From positions 38,440,001-38,504,000 of the forward strand of contig CM052851.1 of the NCBI GenBank assembly GCA_028534125.1: DNA of 64,000 bases, read 5' to 3'. Source of the stretch: Lama glama. Lineage: Eukaryota. The notes below the pieces were generated by a model that saw nothing but the letters and a program-made list of their open reading frames with translations, did not search any database and had not been told where the DNA came from. Positions 51,662-64,000 of this stretch are shown here, in pieces; within the stretch, counting starts at the first letter, position 1; each line of letters opens with the position of its first letter. Position numbers and translations under genes: made by a program.

Positions 51662-52544
51662 TCAATGTTGCCTGTTTTATTTGGCAATTTTTATTAAGGA
51701 CTAGGCTTAATCTTTGTATATGTCTACTCTATGGGACCAAATAAATATTTTACAATGGAATAAACTTTTAAAAAGAGGTCATCAGAAAAACAGTATTTCT
51801 TAAATGTATTTCCTCTTCTACATCTCTACTGCCAATTTAGACCCCTATTTTTCTCTCATATAATATTCTGCAATAATACAACTTCCTTCCAGGTATCTAG
51901 TCTAACCCTTCCCTAATAATCTTGTTGCCTTTCTAAAAATCAAACACATTTCATTATACTCCCCGCTTAAATCTCCAGTGACTCTCCATCACTGCAACTC
52001 AGATTTCTTAGATGGCATTCATCACCTTTCATGATCTGGCATTAACAGCTTCTCCAGACTAATTTTTCACTACTTCCAAACCAGCACACAAATCTGGCAC
52101 TCTAGCCACAACAAACCACTTGCAGTTCCAGGGTGTGTCATATATTATTTTTGTCACTTTGCCCTTTCCTTCACTCTCTGTCTCGCTAACTCATGAAAAT
52201 TCTTCAAGATCCAACTGAATGGCCATTCTCTATATGGGCCTCCAAGATTCCTTTGGGGAGAATCATTTACTCCTTCCTCCAGATTGCCGTAACACTTTAT
52301 ATATCTCTTGATTATCCCATCATTATGAGAAATTATTGTTCATTTTAGGAATGTCCCTCTCCTACTAGACTATGATATCCTTTACTTTCCTGAACTCCCC
52401 ACACTAAATTTACCAAAATGTCTGGCATTGGTTCAATAAATGTTTGTTGTTTAATTGACCAAAGGAATGGAACAGAAATCTAATTCCTAAAGGAAATGTG
52501 AAGGTTGTATCTAGAAAAAAATACAACATTGGGGTGGGGAAAAT

Positions 52545-52790
52545 AGCTGTTTCAAAACATACGAAGAGGGATTAGACTCATTTTATATGGTCAGAGAAGA
52601 GCCATGAGGGGATGACATAGCAGTTGGTTTCAATCTGATAAAAATTCGAATTACCCAACAATGGAACAGGCTGTCTCTTAAGAGGGAAACTGCCTCATCT
52701 ATTTTGGGGCTGCTGTAGAGGGAATTTCTCTGGTATAGGGAGGTCAGATCAAATGACTCCCAGAAAGCCTGTGTCTTTGATGATCTAATT
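52545..52790 (+). mobile_element. L3/CR1-like relic
   Basis: GAAGAGGGATTAGACTCATTTT...CAACAATGGAACAGGCTG...GGTCAGATCAAATGAC. Confidence 0.55.
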
Positions 52791-53748
52791 TTAAGAAAAG
52801 TCTTAGGGTTGATGCTGAATTAAAACTGTGTTAGTAAATATGTTTAATCTCACATGCCAATCAGTGGACAAAGAGTACTGTGTGGAATTAGTGATGTCAA
52901 AAGTAAGGGGAAGAGGGATGAATAAGATAGTATAAGTGCTTTGTGTTTTCCTGTGCTGAATATGTTCTGCCCCCTGGTTAACATCAGCACAAAGGGCAAA
53001 CTTATCATGGCAGGTAAAGCCCTGAGAGAGACAGGTAAGAAAAGGGTTCTCCATGGAAAACGCAGATACGGGAGGATAAAGAACCCCATGTATCTATCTC
53101 CACCAGGTCCTAAGATCACCTTTGCTAGAGCTTAAATTAACATGAAATCAAGTCTGAATTATTTTAGGCTAGTGGCATCTAAAAAACAATGACAAGTTTG
53201 ACTATCAAACAACAACCATTACTTTTCCTGGGGAAATCAAGATACTTGTTCTATTAATTCTGTGAAGCTAGGTAAGTGGATTCTCGTGATTCCAGGTAGG
53301 GAGAGAGCCATACTTCGGAAATTTTACAGATTTGCCCATCACTGACTTCCCAAAATCTTTTTAATGATGTCCTCACCACCTGGGCCAAACCTCTGCTGAT
53401 TTCTCAATCTCACCACCTGGATCTAATCAGCCATCAAATCTGATCCCTTGTCTGAACTGTTTCACATGGATCCATTACTTCTCAAGCCCTTCCTTTCACT
53501 GTGGTTCTGAGCTTCATCACCTCACCTTTGAACTACACCCGTAACACCATCTGAATTCTATAGTCACAGACCTTCTCTGATTACTAATCTTTCTCTGCAT
53601 GCAGTCTCTTTCCTTAGAATACTGGAAAGCTTCAGGAGATGTAGCACTGCCTACAACCTAAACTCCAAACTTTTTGCCATAATTCAGGGGTTTCCTCAGT
53701 TGAGACCCAATCTGCCTTTCAAGCCCAAACTCAGAGAAATATTATTTA

Positions 53749-53928
<180 letters not shown>

Positions 53929-55326
53929 TTAAAACAAATGAATTCTTTATTTGACCAATCAGCCAAGCTGTTTAGAAAACAGAGGATATTTTAAATATTA
54001 CAGAGAAACTGACAAAAATTAAAGAGTATACATATCAAATTCTACATAAATGGCTTCCAACACATTCTGCCAACTTCTCCACCTCCACTTTTGCAAAGCC
54101 AAATCAAATCAAAGCAAACCAAACCAAACTTTTCCACAGAAAATGTAACTGTTTTAATTTGGGGAGACCTCTCTTATTCTCTTAGTTGGAATAATTATGT
54201 GATACTGTGCATGTGTGTTGGGGCGGGGAGTGAGGGAGCTGTATAGGAATACTAACTATCCAGTATGGCAGGTATGCACTAAGTTCTTGCAGTCACTTAA
54301 GAAGCCGTTAAAAATGATAAGACAATCTTCATAAACATTAACCACAAAACCAGAATGGTGTGTAAACACAAGGTACTAACACAAGTTACTTATTCTTTAA
54401 CACAAGTGATTGATTGCAAGTCATCAGTACACAATGACATCATTGTGTAAAGACACTGTAATGGCAATATTATCTGGGGTGAGGTTAATCATTTCATAAG
54501 TAACAGAACAGGAATTCCCATCCATTTCTTTATTTCACCAAGAACCAGCAAGTAAACAGCAATTTCAATAGTCCATTACTGCCATACTTGGCAACCAGGA
54601 GGATTTCCACCACTCGGAAGACCAGAAAAAGAGTAAATATGGGTTTTTTTTTTTTCCCTTCAAGGAGGACTTAATATGCTAATTTAAGAGTACTTCTCAA
54701 ACTTATGGTTGATGCCCACACTCATATAGCTACAGTCATCACGGTATAATCTCTATGACACTCATTACTCATTTCTTTTTGTTCTGTTCCCAGCTATTTA
54801 TCATACTTATTATTATGCCATTTTTCCAAAGGGTTCAAAACCTAGGGGATCACACAGGAGAAAAGGACACAAACCCATCATTATTCTTGAAAAGATAATC
54901 TTGGTTTAATTTTTTTTAAATAAAACGTATGTTATTATATTATTGATTATCTTCCAGAACACAAGAAATTCTGACAATCTGAAATATCAACATTTAAGGA
55001 AGAGACTGAGGAAGCTTAAAAAAAAAAAAGCCTAAAAACCTAAGTTTGACATCGTTAAAGTCTAACTGCAAGCATTCAGCAGTTGTTGTGATATCTAACC
55101 ATGCACACTTACAGTACTTTGGCTAGAAAACAGTATAGCATTCAAGAGTGAAGGAACTGTTATTTCCTTACTATCACATGACTGATATCTAAAACAAATC
55201 AGAACTACAGGGAATTATCTAAGTAGGCAGTGAATGATCTGTTCTTTTCCTTGTTCTCCAACCATTTGTTTTTTCACCTAAATGGTTTTCAATCCTTCAA
55301 TATTAGCTGTTAAGATTGGGTAAAGA

Positions 55327-55414
55327 GGGGGAAGGTATAGCTCAGTGGTAAAGCATGTGCTTAGCATGCATGAGATCCTGGGTTCAATCCCTAGTACCTC
55401 CATTAAAAAAAAAA
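55327..55414 (+). mobile_element. tRNA-Ala-derived SINE (vic-1 type)
   Basis: GGTATAGCTCAGTGGTAAAGCATGTGCTTAGCATGCATGAGATCCTGGGTTCAATCCC plus poly-A; TSD GTAAAGA. Confidence 0.9.
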
Positions 55415-56203
55415 TGAGTAAAGATGTTTTCTTTTAATTTTCAAATATACTTCATTTAGGAGGTACTCAATGAAACAGGACAACCTTTATTTTGGGTTTT
55501 TTCGTTCGTTTTAGAAAAACGGACTTCATTTTACCTATTTAATTATGCTGAGTTATTTAACTGAAATCATATAATCTAATTCCCTAAAATATTTCTTCCA
55601 GGAGTTAATTCTCATTGAAATGAATGTTTTTATCTCCTACAACACTACTGAATAGCACATGAATCAACTAAGAGTTATTCAGGAGTGCTTCACTGCTCTT
55701 ATGATTAAGATGAACATCCTCAACACGCAAATAGTGCCCCTGCCTTGCTATCCAGCCTCATTTCACACCACTTCCCAGGCAAAAGAGCCACGCTGGCCAG
55801 GCTTCTTTCAGTCTCTCCAATTTACTTCGCTCTCTCCAACCTCACGGCTTTTTGCACGTGCCAGTCCCTCTATCTGGAACATCCTCTTGCGTTTGCTCCG
55901 TTTAGCACCTCCCCTTTCACCACATCCCTGCCTCTCCACCAAGTTAACGCCTCTCCACCCTGTAGATCTCTCCAAAAATCATTTCCTCAGGGGAGCCTTC
56001 TCCGAGCCTCAAGATCAGACTAACTTCCCTTCTTACACATCTCTGAGCATTAAGTACCTTTCTTTGATAGCAATTATCACAGCTGTAAATGTTTGTGTGA
56101 CTATGTGAATGGAACCTTATGATTTGAGAATATGCTTTGAATCATAAATTATGTTCATGTTGATTCCCAAACACAGACATGGATATAATGGAAAAACTCT
56201 CAC

Positions 56204-56431
56204 CTGGGGGAGGCTCAAAGAAGGCTTCCTGCTCCTCCTCGATGGGTTCAGTGTCATTGTGGGCCGTCCGTTTGTGCATGGCCAGCGTGGAGATCTGCTT
56301 ATATGTCTTCCCACAGTGGTTACAGTTGTACGGTTTGGAGTGAGTGTGAACAACATGATGTTTGTACAAACTGGAATATTCTGTAAACCTTTTGTCACAT
56401 CCAGGAACTGTACAAACATATGGCTTTTCCC
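56204..56431 (-). CDS. ZNF143: ZNF143 exon encoding fingers 6-7 (228 nt)
   Basis: [75 protein letters not shown]. Confidence 0.98.
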
Positions 56432-57806
56432 CTAAGTAAAGAACAGCACCAAAAAAAAAAAATTAACTTTTACTTATGAGGGCATAATCATTCCATACCT
56501 TCTGGAAGGGTGAGGAAGAGTTGGGGGGAGGAGGAAGAGGGAGGGTGCGGGCAGTGGGAGCCTCTAGTGGCAAAAACAAACAGCTGTCAAATCACTTTCT
56601 TCTGCTGTGAGGCAGCACACAAGAAAAGATTCTCTAACTATGGTTTCAACTTGTTTCAAAAGGTGGTCCACACCCCGACTCATCCCAGGCCTAAGTACCA
56701 CTCTTCCCCTTAATTACAAGGGATGTAAAAAATAAGGATGGAGATATTTATTGCCCAGTTAACTCTAAGCTTTGATGAAACTGTTAACGTTACCTCTAAC
56801 TAGATAACCTAAATAACACGAATGGTATTATACTAATAACGACAATAATAAATGCAATTATTACTATAACTAATATAGCTTACCCTAAGGGTTTTATAAG
56901 GATAATGAAAAAAAAGATTTTCTAAAAAGTCTATTAGACATACTTTGGACACTTCAGTAAATCTAAAAGGACACACATTTCATCTTAACTTCATCTGACT
57001 TCTTGCATCCAATCAAAAACTACTGAATATTCACTAAAAACTCAATACAAAGGGAAATAAAACTGTAATTCTTTTTCCATAAAACAATTTGAGAACAATA
57101 TAAGCAGTACATATATTTTTAGAACTTTTTATTATTGAAAATTTTAAATGTACACAAAACTATGAAGTGCAATAAACCCCTATGTACCAATCATCTAGCT
57201 TCAACTAGTTGAATTAGCCAATATAGTTTCATTTATCCAACACACATTTCTCCCCCTCTTCCCACCCTGGCTCATTCTGAAACAGCTCCAGAGAGCATTC
57301 CATCTCATCCATAAATATTTCAGATTGTGTATCTGAAAGATGGATGCTTTTTAAAAAAATAACAAAATTTTAAATGATTACTTAATATCATAAAATATCT
57401 AGACACTGTTAACATGCACTAGGGGGAACCTAGAACTGAAAGTAAACTGGAACAAATTAACCTAACTGTAGTTTAAATGAATACTTTTAACCATTTAGAA
57501 GGGGTATGGGGGCCAGGGTCAGGGGGCTAGTGGGAGAATAAACTAATTAAAGTAACTCATACACACAGTATTTGACTAATGCTCTCAGTCTTGGACTAGG
57601 CTGGGGTGGGGAGAACTACCAACAAATTCTTCAGCTCTTCTTGGAGGCTTGTTTATTGCAGTGCTATGGGCAAAATGACTCAAACTTTTTTTTTTAATAT
57701 TTGCAACCAGTTGTGTCGCTGTTTTAAAAAAAGTTTTGTTTGTTTGGGTTTTTATTTCTTCGGTTTTTTGTGGGGGGTGGAATTTGGCTGGCTGGCTGGC
57801 TGGCAC

Positions 57807-57914
57807 ATTTATTCATTCATTCATTCATTCATTTTTAAATGAAGGTACTGTGGATTGAATCCAGGACCCCATGCATGCTGAGCCCACACTCTACCACTGA
57901 GCTATACCTTCCCC
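57807..57914 (-). mobile_element. tRNA-Ala-derived SINE (vic-1 type) with (AATG)n tail
   Basis: Reverse complement GGGGAAGGTATAGCTCAGTGGTAGAGTGTGGGCTCAGCATGCATGGGGTCCTGGATTCAATCC. Confidence 0.87.
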
Positions 57915-58405
57915 ACGAAATTATTTTAGATGTAATAAAAGACTGAGCAATGAGTAAATATGTCAATGCTGTTGGAAACCAGAGCTCTCTCTATGGAAGA
58001 AGGGACATATAAATATTGAACTGCTGGAAATAGAGGTACTGGTGTGGACTCATGTAATCTCTAGGATGTACATAGGTGTGTATACATATGCTTATCCTAT
58101 TTTGTTCTCATTTTACACCTTCCTTGGCTAACTCCATCTTTTTCATGGTTTCAAACACAGTAAAAGTACCCTAAAATAGTAAAATCTCACACTAATGTAA
58201 TCTGTAACATACGTCTTGGACATTAAGTAATTGAGATTGCTTCCTGTCCTCTGCCCAGTCTGCATTTTCAAAGCAGGGAAGATCAAGGTTCTTATCTTGG
58301 GGAATGGTTGTGGGGGAGATAAAATGAAGGCAAGGCCAGGCAGGGAAATGTCAGGCAATTCCAACTCAGAGACCAGCTCTGTTGATATTTAGGCTGGAGC
58401 AGAAA

Positions 58406-58424
58406 CTGCCACTAGGTGGCACCA
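58406..58424 (+). promoter_or_regulatory. Candidate CTCF site in a ZNF143 intron
   Basis: CTGCCACTAGGTGGCACCA, close to the CTCF consensus CCASYAGRKGGCRS. Confidence 0.6.
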
Positions 58425-58489
58425 AATCACAGTCAAGATGTAAATAAATTTGTTTTTTGGGGGGATTGTTTTTTATTTTTGTTTTGAAA

Positions 58490-59385
58490 TTGTACTTTTT
58501 TAAATGGAATTATAATAGACTTACAGTATTATATTAGTTTCAGGTATATAACATAGTGATTTGATATTTTTATACATTACAAAATAATCACCTTAAGTTT
58601 AATTACCATCTTTCAACATACCAAGTTATTACAATATTACTGACTGTATCCCCTATGCTGTGCATCTCTGACTTACTTTATAACTAGAAGTTTATACCTC
58701 TTAATCTCTCTTGCCTATTTCATTCACTCCGACCCACCTCCCCTCTGGCAACCACCAGTTTTTCTCTATGAGTCTGTTTTGTTAATGTTTGTTCATTTGT
58801 TTTGTTTTTAAGCTTCCACAGTAAGTGAAATTTGTCTTTTTCTGTCTGACGTATTTCATGTAGTTTAATACCCTCTAGGTTCATCCACGTTACAAATGGC
58901 AAGATTTCATTCTTTTTTATGGCTAGTATTCCACTGTATGTATATATGTACGTGTATGAGTACACATCACACCTTTATCCATTCATTTATCACTGGACAC
59001 TAAGTTTGCTTCCATATCCTGGCTATTGTAAATAATGCTGCAATGAACACAAGGGTATATATATCTTTTTGAATTAGTGTTTTTNNNNNNNNNNNNNNNN
59101 NNNNNNNNNNNNNNNNNNNNNNNNNNNNNNNNNNNNNNNNNNNNNNNNNNNNNNNNNNNNNNNNNNNNNNNNNNNNNNNNNNNNNNNNNNNNNNNNNNNN
59201 NNNNNNNNNNNNNNNNNNNNNNNNNNNNNNNNNNNNNNNNNNNNNNNNNNNNNNNNNNNNNNNNNNNNNNNNNNNNNNNNNNNNNNNNNNNNNNNNNNNN
59301 NNNNNNNNNNNNNNNNNNNNNNNNNNNNNNNNNNNNNNNNNNNNNNNNNNNNNNNNNNNNNNNNNNNNNNNNNNNNNNNNNNNNN
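58490..59385 (-). mobile_element. L1 3' end (relatively young), partly masked
   Basis: Minus-strand relic AIKKNEILPFVTWMNLEGIKLHEIRQTEKDK; GGCTATTGTAAATAATGCTGCAATGAACA. Confidence 0.88.
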
Positions 59386-59619
59386 GAATTGCACTTTTGG
59401 CTCCCTAAGGGCTAGCTGCACCATCTCAACTGGGTCATCTGACCATCCTTGCAAGAACGGACTGCATTTTACACAGCTGATTCTTTACCCTCCACTCATA
59501 GCATAACGCGGGCTTTTATTCTACTATCTACTTGATGATCATAAGTCAATCTTTTTTTTCAGCCCAGGCCTACTTCTTGATTCAGACCAACATTTATCTA
59601 CTTGATATTCCTACTTCAA

Positions 59620-59788
59620 TGATTCTTAATCATGCATGCATATATGACCTGGAGAGTTTTTAATATATACTGATGCCTGGGCCTCACCCCAATAAAATTA
59701 TGTCAGAATCTGCAGATAGGATCCGGGGAGTCAGTCTGTTTTTAAGAGGTGAATCCAATGTACAGCCACATTTGAAAGCACTACTCTA
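59620..59788. mobile_element. MER5A-like hAT-Charlie element
   Basis: ATACTGATGCCTGGGCCTCACCCC...CAGAATCT...GGTGAATCCAATGTACAGCCACATTTGAAAGCACTACT. Confidence 0.7.
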
Positions 59789-61199
59789 CCTGCATGTTCC
59801 AAAGATCAGTATAGCCAAACTTAATGTAGGCATCCCTCTTACCAGACTCTAATTTGCCCATAAAATTTGTTGAATGGCTAACTTTCAGATAATGAGCTTA
59901 TATTCCATTACTTTAAGTAGGAAAAATAATGTTCCCCCAGCCCATCTAAAAATCCCAGCCAATTTCCCCAAACATCACAAAAAGGCTCTTAAGCATCTGT
60001 GTTATAACCCACCAAGAATGTCTGCATAATAGGAAGCACTTAAAATACCAATTATCCAAAAAGGAACCCCAATTATCTAATTACTTAACATTCAATGAAC
60101 TCAGTAGCAGGTATATGTTTGTGTATAATACACAATAACAGAGCAGCATCAAATAGGAATTTTGTTCTTTCTTCACTACAAAAAATACACTGTAATTTAA
60201 AAATGAAATAAAGATATAAAAGAATGAAAATTATATTAGAAAACACAATTCTTCTAATCTACAGTCTTCTTTCCCAGGCCTCTTAGGTTTTCACAAGCTT
60301 TTCCACTTTCTTAGTGAACATACATATAATGTCAGAAAGATGACAGCCATAATGTATTCTACACAACATAAGCATAAAATGATTGTATCAGAAATGACTT
60401 CAGTGTATTCCACGTTCTCTCACTTAAGACTCACATGTAACTTAAAAAATTTTCCCTTTATAGAAAAATGCATGTACAAGTAGATTCATTATAGTGGGTT
60501 TTCAATTTGAATGATAAATTTTCAGCAAAAACTTTGTAAACCATTACAACAAATATACAGATGGTGAGAGTTCATGTGGTGAGGGATACCCAGAGAACTA
60601 TATACTGCAAACTGACACCATTATCTTCCCTTCCCAACCTGCTCTTCCCCATCTTAGCTTTACTGTCAGATCTATCATACAAGCTAGAATGAGGGGTTCT
60701 CCTTATTCCTCACGACTAACCTGGTCACCAGGTCCTTTGCTGACACTTCTTCAATGTCTTTTTTATCCTTCTCCATCTCACTCACTGCAAATATTCTAAT
60801 GGCTCTTAACCAGGCTTCCTGCTTATGGTCTCATTTTCCTTTAACTTCTTTCTATAATACTGACTGATTTTTTTTCTAAAAAAAGCAAAATTTCTTTAAA
60901 TTCTCCTAAGGCGTCCCCTCTGTCCATGGCAGTATTCAAACTTGTTAATGTTCCATTTTCAAAGATAAAGGATTGTTGTAGATCCCTGAAAATATTTCCA
61001 GATATCCAGGGGTCTGTAGAATGCAGCCTAAGAAATACCAACTGACACAACTAAAGTTCCATCCTATAAGTGTCCTTTGATTTTGAATTATCAGAAGTTT
61101 ACTCAACACCAATAATAAAAATATATTTAAAAAATTTCTTATAAGACTAATGCACTCTCTCATTTACCTTCCATTCCCATCAAAAATACAACCACCTGA

Positions 61200-62312
61200 A
61201 ACTAAAACAATTTTGTAAATCAACTGTACTTAAATTAAAAAAAAAATTCAACCACAAAGTGGAGCATCAAAATTAAAAACGTCTGTCCTGCAGACGGTAC
61301 TAACAAGTAAAAAACAAAAACAAAAACAACAACAACAACAACAAAAAACACAGAATGGAAGAAAATATCTGTAAATCACACACCTAATAAGGGACTTTTA
61401 CCCAGAATATAATAGAGAANNNNNNNNNNNNNNNNNNNNNNNNNNNNNNNNNNNNNNNNNNNNNNNNNNNNNNNNNNNNNNNNNNNNNNNNNNNNNNNNN
61501 NNNNNNNNNNNNNNNNNNNNNNNNNNNNNNNNNNNNNNNNNNNNNNNNNNNNNNNNNNNNNNGCCAACCAAAAGCACAACGAGATAGAGATAGATACCAC
61601 TCCACATCTACTAGGATGGTTATAACCAAAAAGACAGAAAATAACTATTAGCTAGGATATGAAGAAACTGGAACCCTCATACATTTCTGGTGNNNNNNNN
61701 NNNNNNNNNNNNNNNNNNNNNNNNNNNNNNNNNNNNNNNNNNNNNNNNNNNNNNNNNNNNNNNNNNNNNNNNNNNNNNNNNNNNNNNNNNNNNNNNNNNN
61801 NNNNNNNNNNNNNNNNNNNNNNNNNNNNNNNNNNNNNNNNNNNNNNNNNNNNNNNNNNNNNNNNNNNNNNNNNNNNNNNNNNNNNNNNNNNAAATGAATA
61901 AATAAAATATGATACATACATATAACAGAATACTACTCAGTAATTAAAAAGGAAAGAACCACAGATATATGCCATGACATGGCTGAACCCCCAAAATACT
62001 ATGCTAAGGGAAACAAGCCAGACAATAAACACCACATATTGTATGATTCCATCTGTATGAAATGCTCAGAATGGGCAAATCCATAGGTGCAGAAAGTAGA
62101 TTGGTAACTGCTTATGGCTGGGGGCAGGGGGTAGGAGAAGACTGCTAACAAGTATGGAGTTTCTTTCAGGTGAGATGAAAATGTTCTAAAACTGGACTGT
62201 GGTGACGGCTGTACAACACTACGAATATTCTAAAAAACACTCAATCATATACTTTAAATGGATGAACTGTACAGTATGTGAATTGCATCTCAATAAAGCT
62301 GGTAAAAAAAAA
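61200..62312 (+). mobile_element. L1MB-type 3' portion, partly masked
   Basis: GAAACTGGAACCCTCATACATTTCTGGTG; CCACATATTGTATGATTCCAT; ATGTGAATTGCATCTCAATAAAGCTG plus A tail. Confidence 0.82.
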
Positions 62313-62958
62313 ATATATATATATACACACACACACAGAGGCCACCCCTCCCTGTCTGTCCCTCAAGCACCACAAAGTCCAGGTTAAGAAACACCCTCAC
62401 CATGGCAGCGTAACGCACAAGGCCCCTGCTTCCCTCTCTGACCTCACTTTGAACTCCTCTACTTTTGCTCCATGCCTCTGGTCATATGGAACACCCAGTG
62501 TTCTTCAGGTAAGCCATGCATGTTTTTTTCATACTTTTGTGCTTTTACCTGTGACATTTTCCCTGCCAGGAATACCCTTCCTCAGCCTGGCAAACTTTAG
62601 GGTTCAGTCTGAACATCAAATTCCCCTGGAAAGCCTTCCCGCATCTTGTCCCACTCCCACAGAGATGGCTGCTCCTCTCTCTACTCCCACAGCAACTTGT
62701 TCACGTAATGGGAGACACTCTGCGGCAGTTATATGTCTACTATCACTCCCCAAATCACCTGCCCCAGACAGTGTCTTGTCTGTCTCTGTATTTCTGATGC
62801 CTGGCAGGGGAACACACAGCAGATGCTCAATAACTGTCAAATAAATGTATAAATGCTAAGGTGAAGTTTTTTCAAGTTGCTTAATCTCTTTCTACCATGC
62901 CAAGTGGTAGGAAGGAGGGAGATTACTTATAAATGGTTTATAGGAGAGGCAGGAGTTA

Positions 62959-63249
<291 letters not shown>

Positions 63250-64000
63250 TCAGTTCTGCCTAGGATCATTCATGCTCAAAACTCTAGCCTTTTTGTATTG
63301 AACTTCCTTTTTTCCCCCTGTAAACGGTATCATCTGCTCCAAACTTAAATTTCCATAGGAAAACCTGAATAGTGTTCAAAACTCATCACTGATTACATTA
63401 CTTTCCGAGAGGGAACCATCCAGGGGAGGCATATTAAAAAATGAGCTAGAAAAGCAGAGAAAGGAATATATATCATAAAGAAATACAAAAGAAAAACAGA
63501 GTCAAGAATAAGGATTAAGGTAGGACAACCCCAGAATCCCCTAACAGCTTACCTACTACTTTATTTATTCTATAATACTTGAAGAGAAAGAATTTTTGGC
63601 CTTTTTAAAATCTAGTGTCTAGTACATAACATGCATCAAAAATATTTGCTGAATATGTTATGAATCTCAGGAGCTTAGAAACATTTGCCTCTGACATAAT
63701 GGATAAAAATAAGAGCATGAATGAAATAGAAGCAGGGACCTACAGCTTTGTTCCTGAACATTGTAAAGTAAAGCCAATCTGAGATCATATTTGAACTTTA
63801 ATGAGTGGAAGAATCATTCATGGAAATTTGCCAAACTATCTCAGAACAGAAGTATTTGGGTACAAAGTTATCATACTATATTGAAAAGACCTGTAGTAAA
63901 ATCTCAAATTAAACAGCCTTATGCTATATTACTTAATCAATAGCTTATAACAGCATCTCCTATCAACAGTTTCTGAAATTATTCCAGCTCTGATCCAAAG

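Noticed and set aside
62278-62844. 188-aa ORF
   Set aside because: Spans an L1 tail, a microsatellite and L2-like sequence; no coding signature

Overview
Mammalian genomic DNA, most likely a camelid, judging from seven tRNA-Ala(AGC)-monomer 'vic-1'-type SINEs and no recognisable Alu, BovB, Bov-tA or PRE-1. Two genes lie in tandem on the minus strand. The first is the 3' part of ZNF143: six coding exons from 63182 to the stop at 41915, covering zinc fingers 4-7 and the C-terminus, then the 3'UTR. About 17 kb downstream is the complete WEE1 kinase gene: CpG island ~23.8-26.2 kb, ATG at 24927, 11 coding exons, stop at ~12495. WEE1 exons 5 and 7 and parts of exons 2 and 11 are hidden under N-masks. 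The remainder is intronic and intergenic DNA with L1/L2/MIR/L3 relics, an ERV-type solo LTR, MER45/MER5 DNA transposons, a 5'-truncated RPL9 processed pseudogene and a tailless half-tRNA-Ile retrocopy. I found no new protein-coding system. The most interesting signals are regulatory: paired D-boxes and a possible second promoter in WEE1 intron 1, three-tier WEE1 polyadenylation with twin Pumilio sites, an AP-1 cluster, a SOXE-type palindrome, and a hairpin over a ZNF143 splice donor. The N runs behave like base-for-base masks of conserved sequence rather than assembly gaps. Comparisons with human sequences and repeat consensuses are from memory, not from searches.
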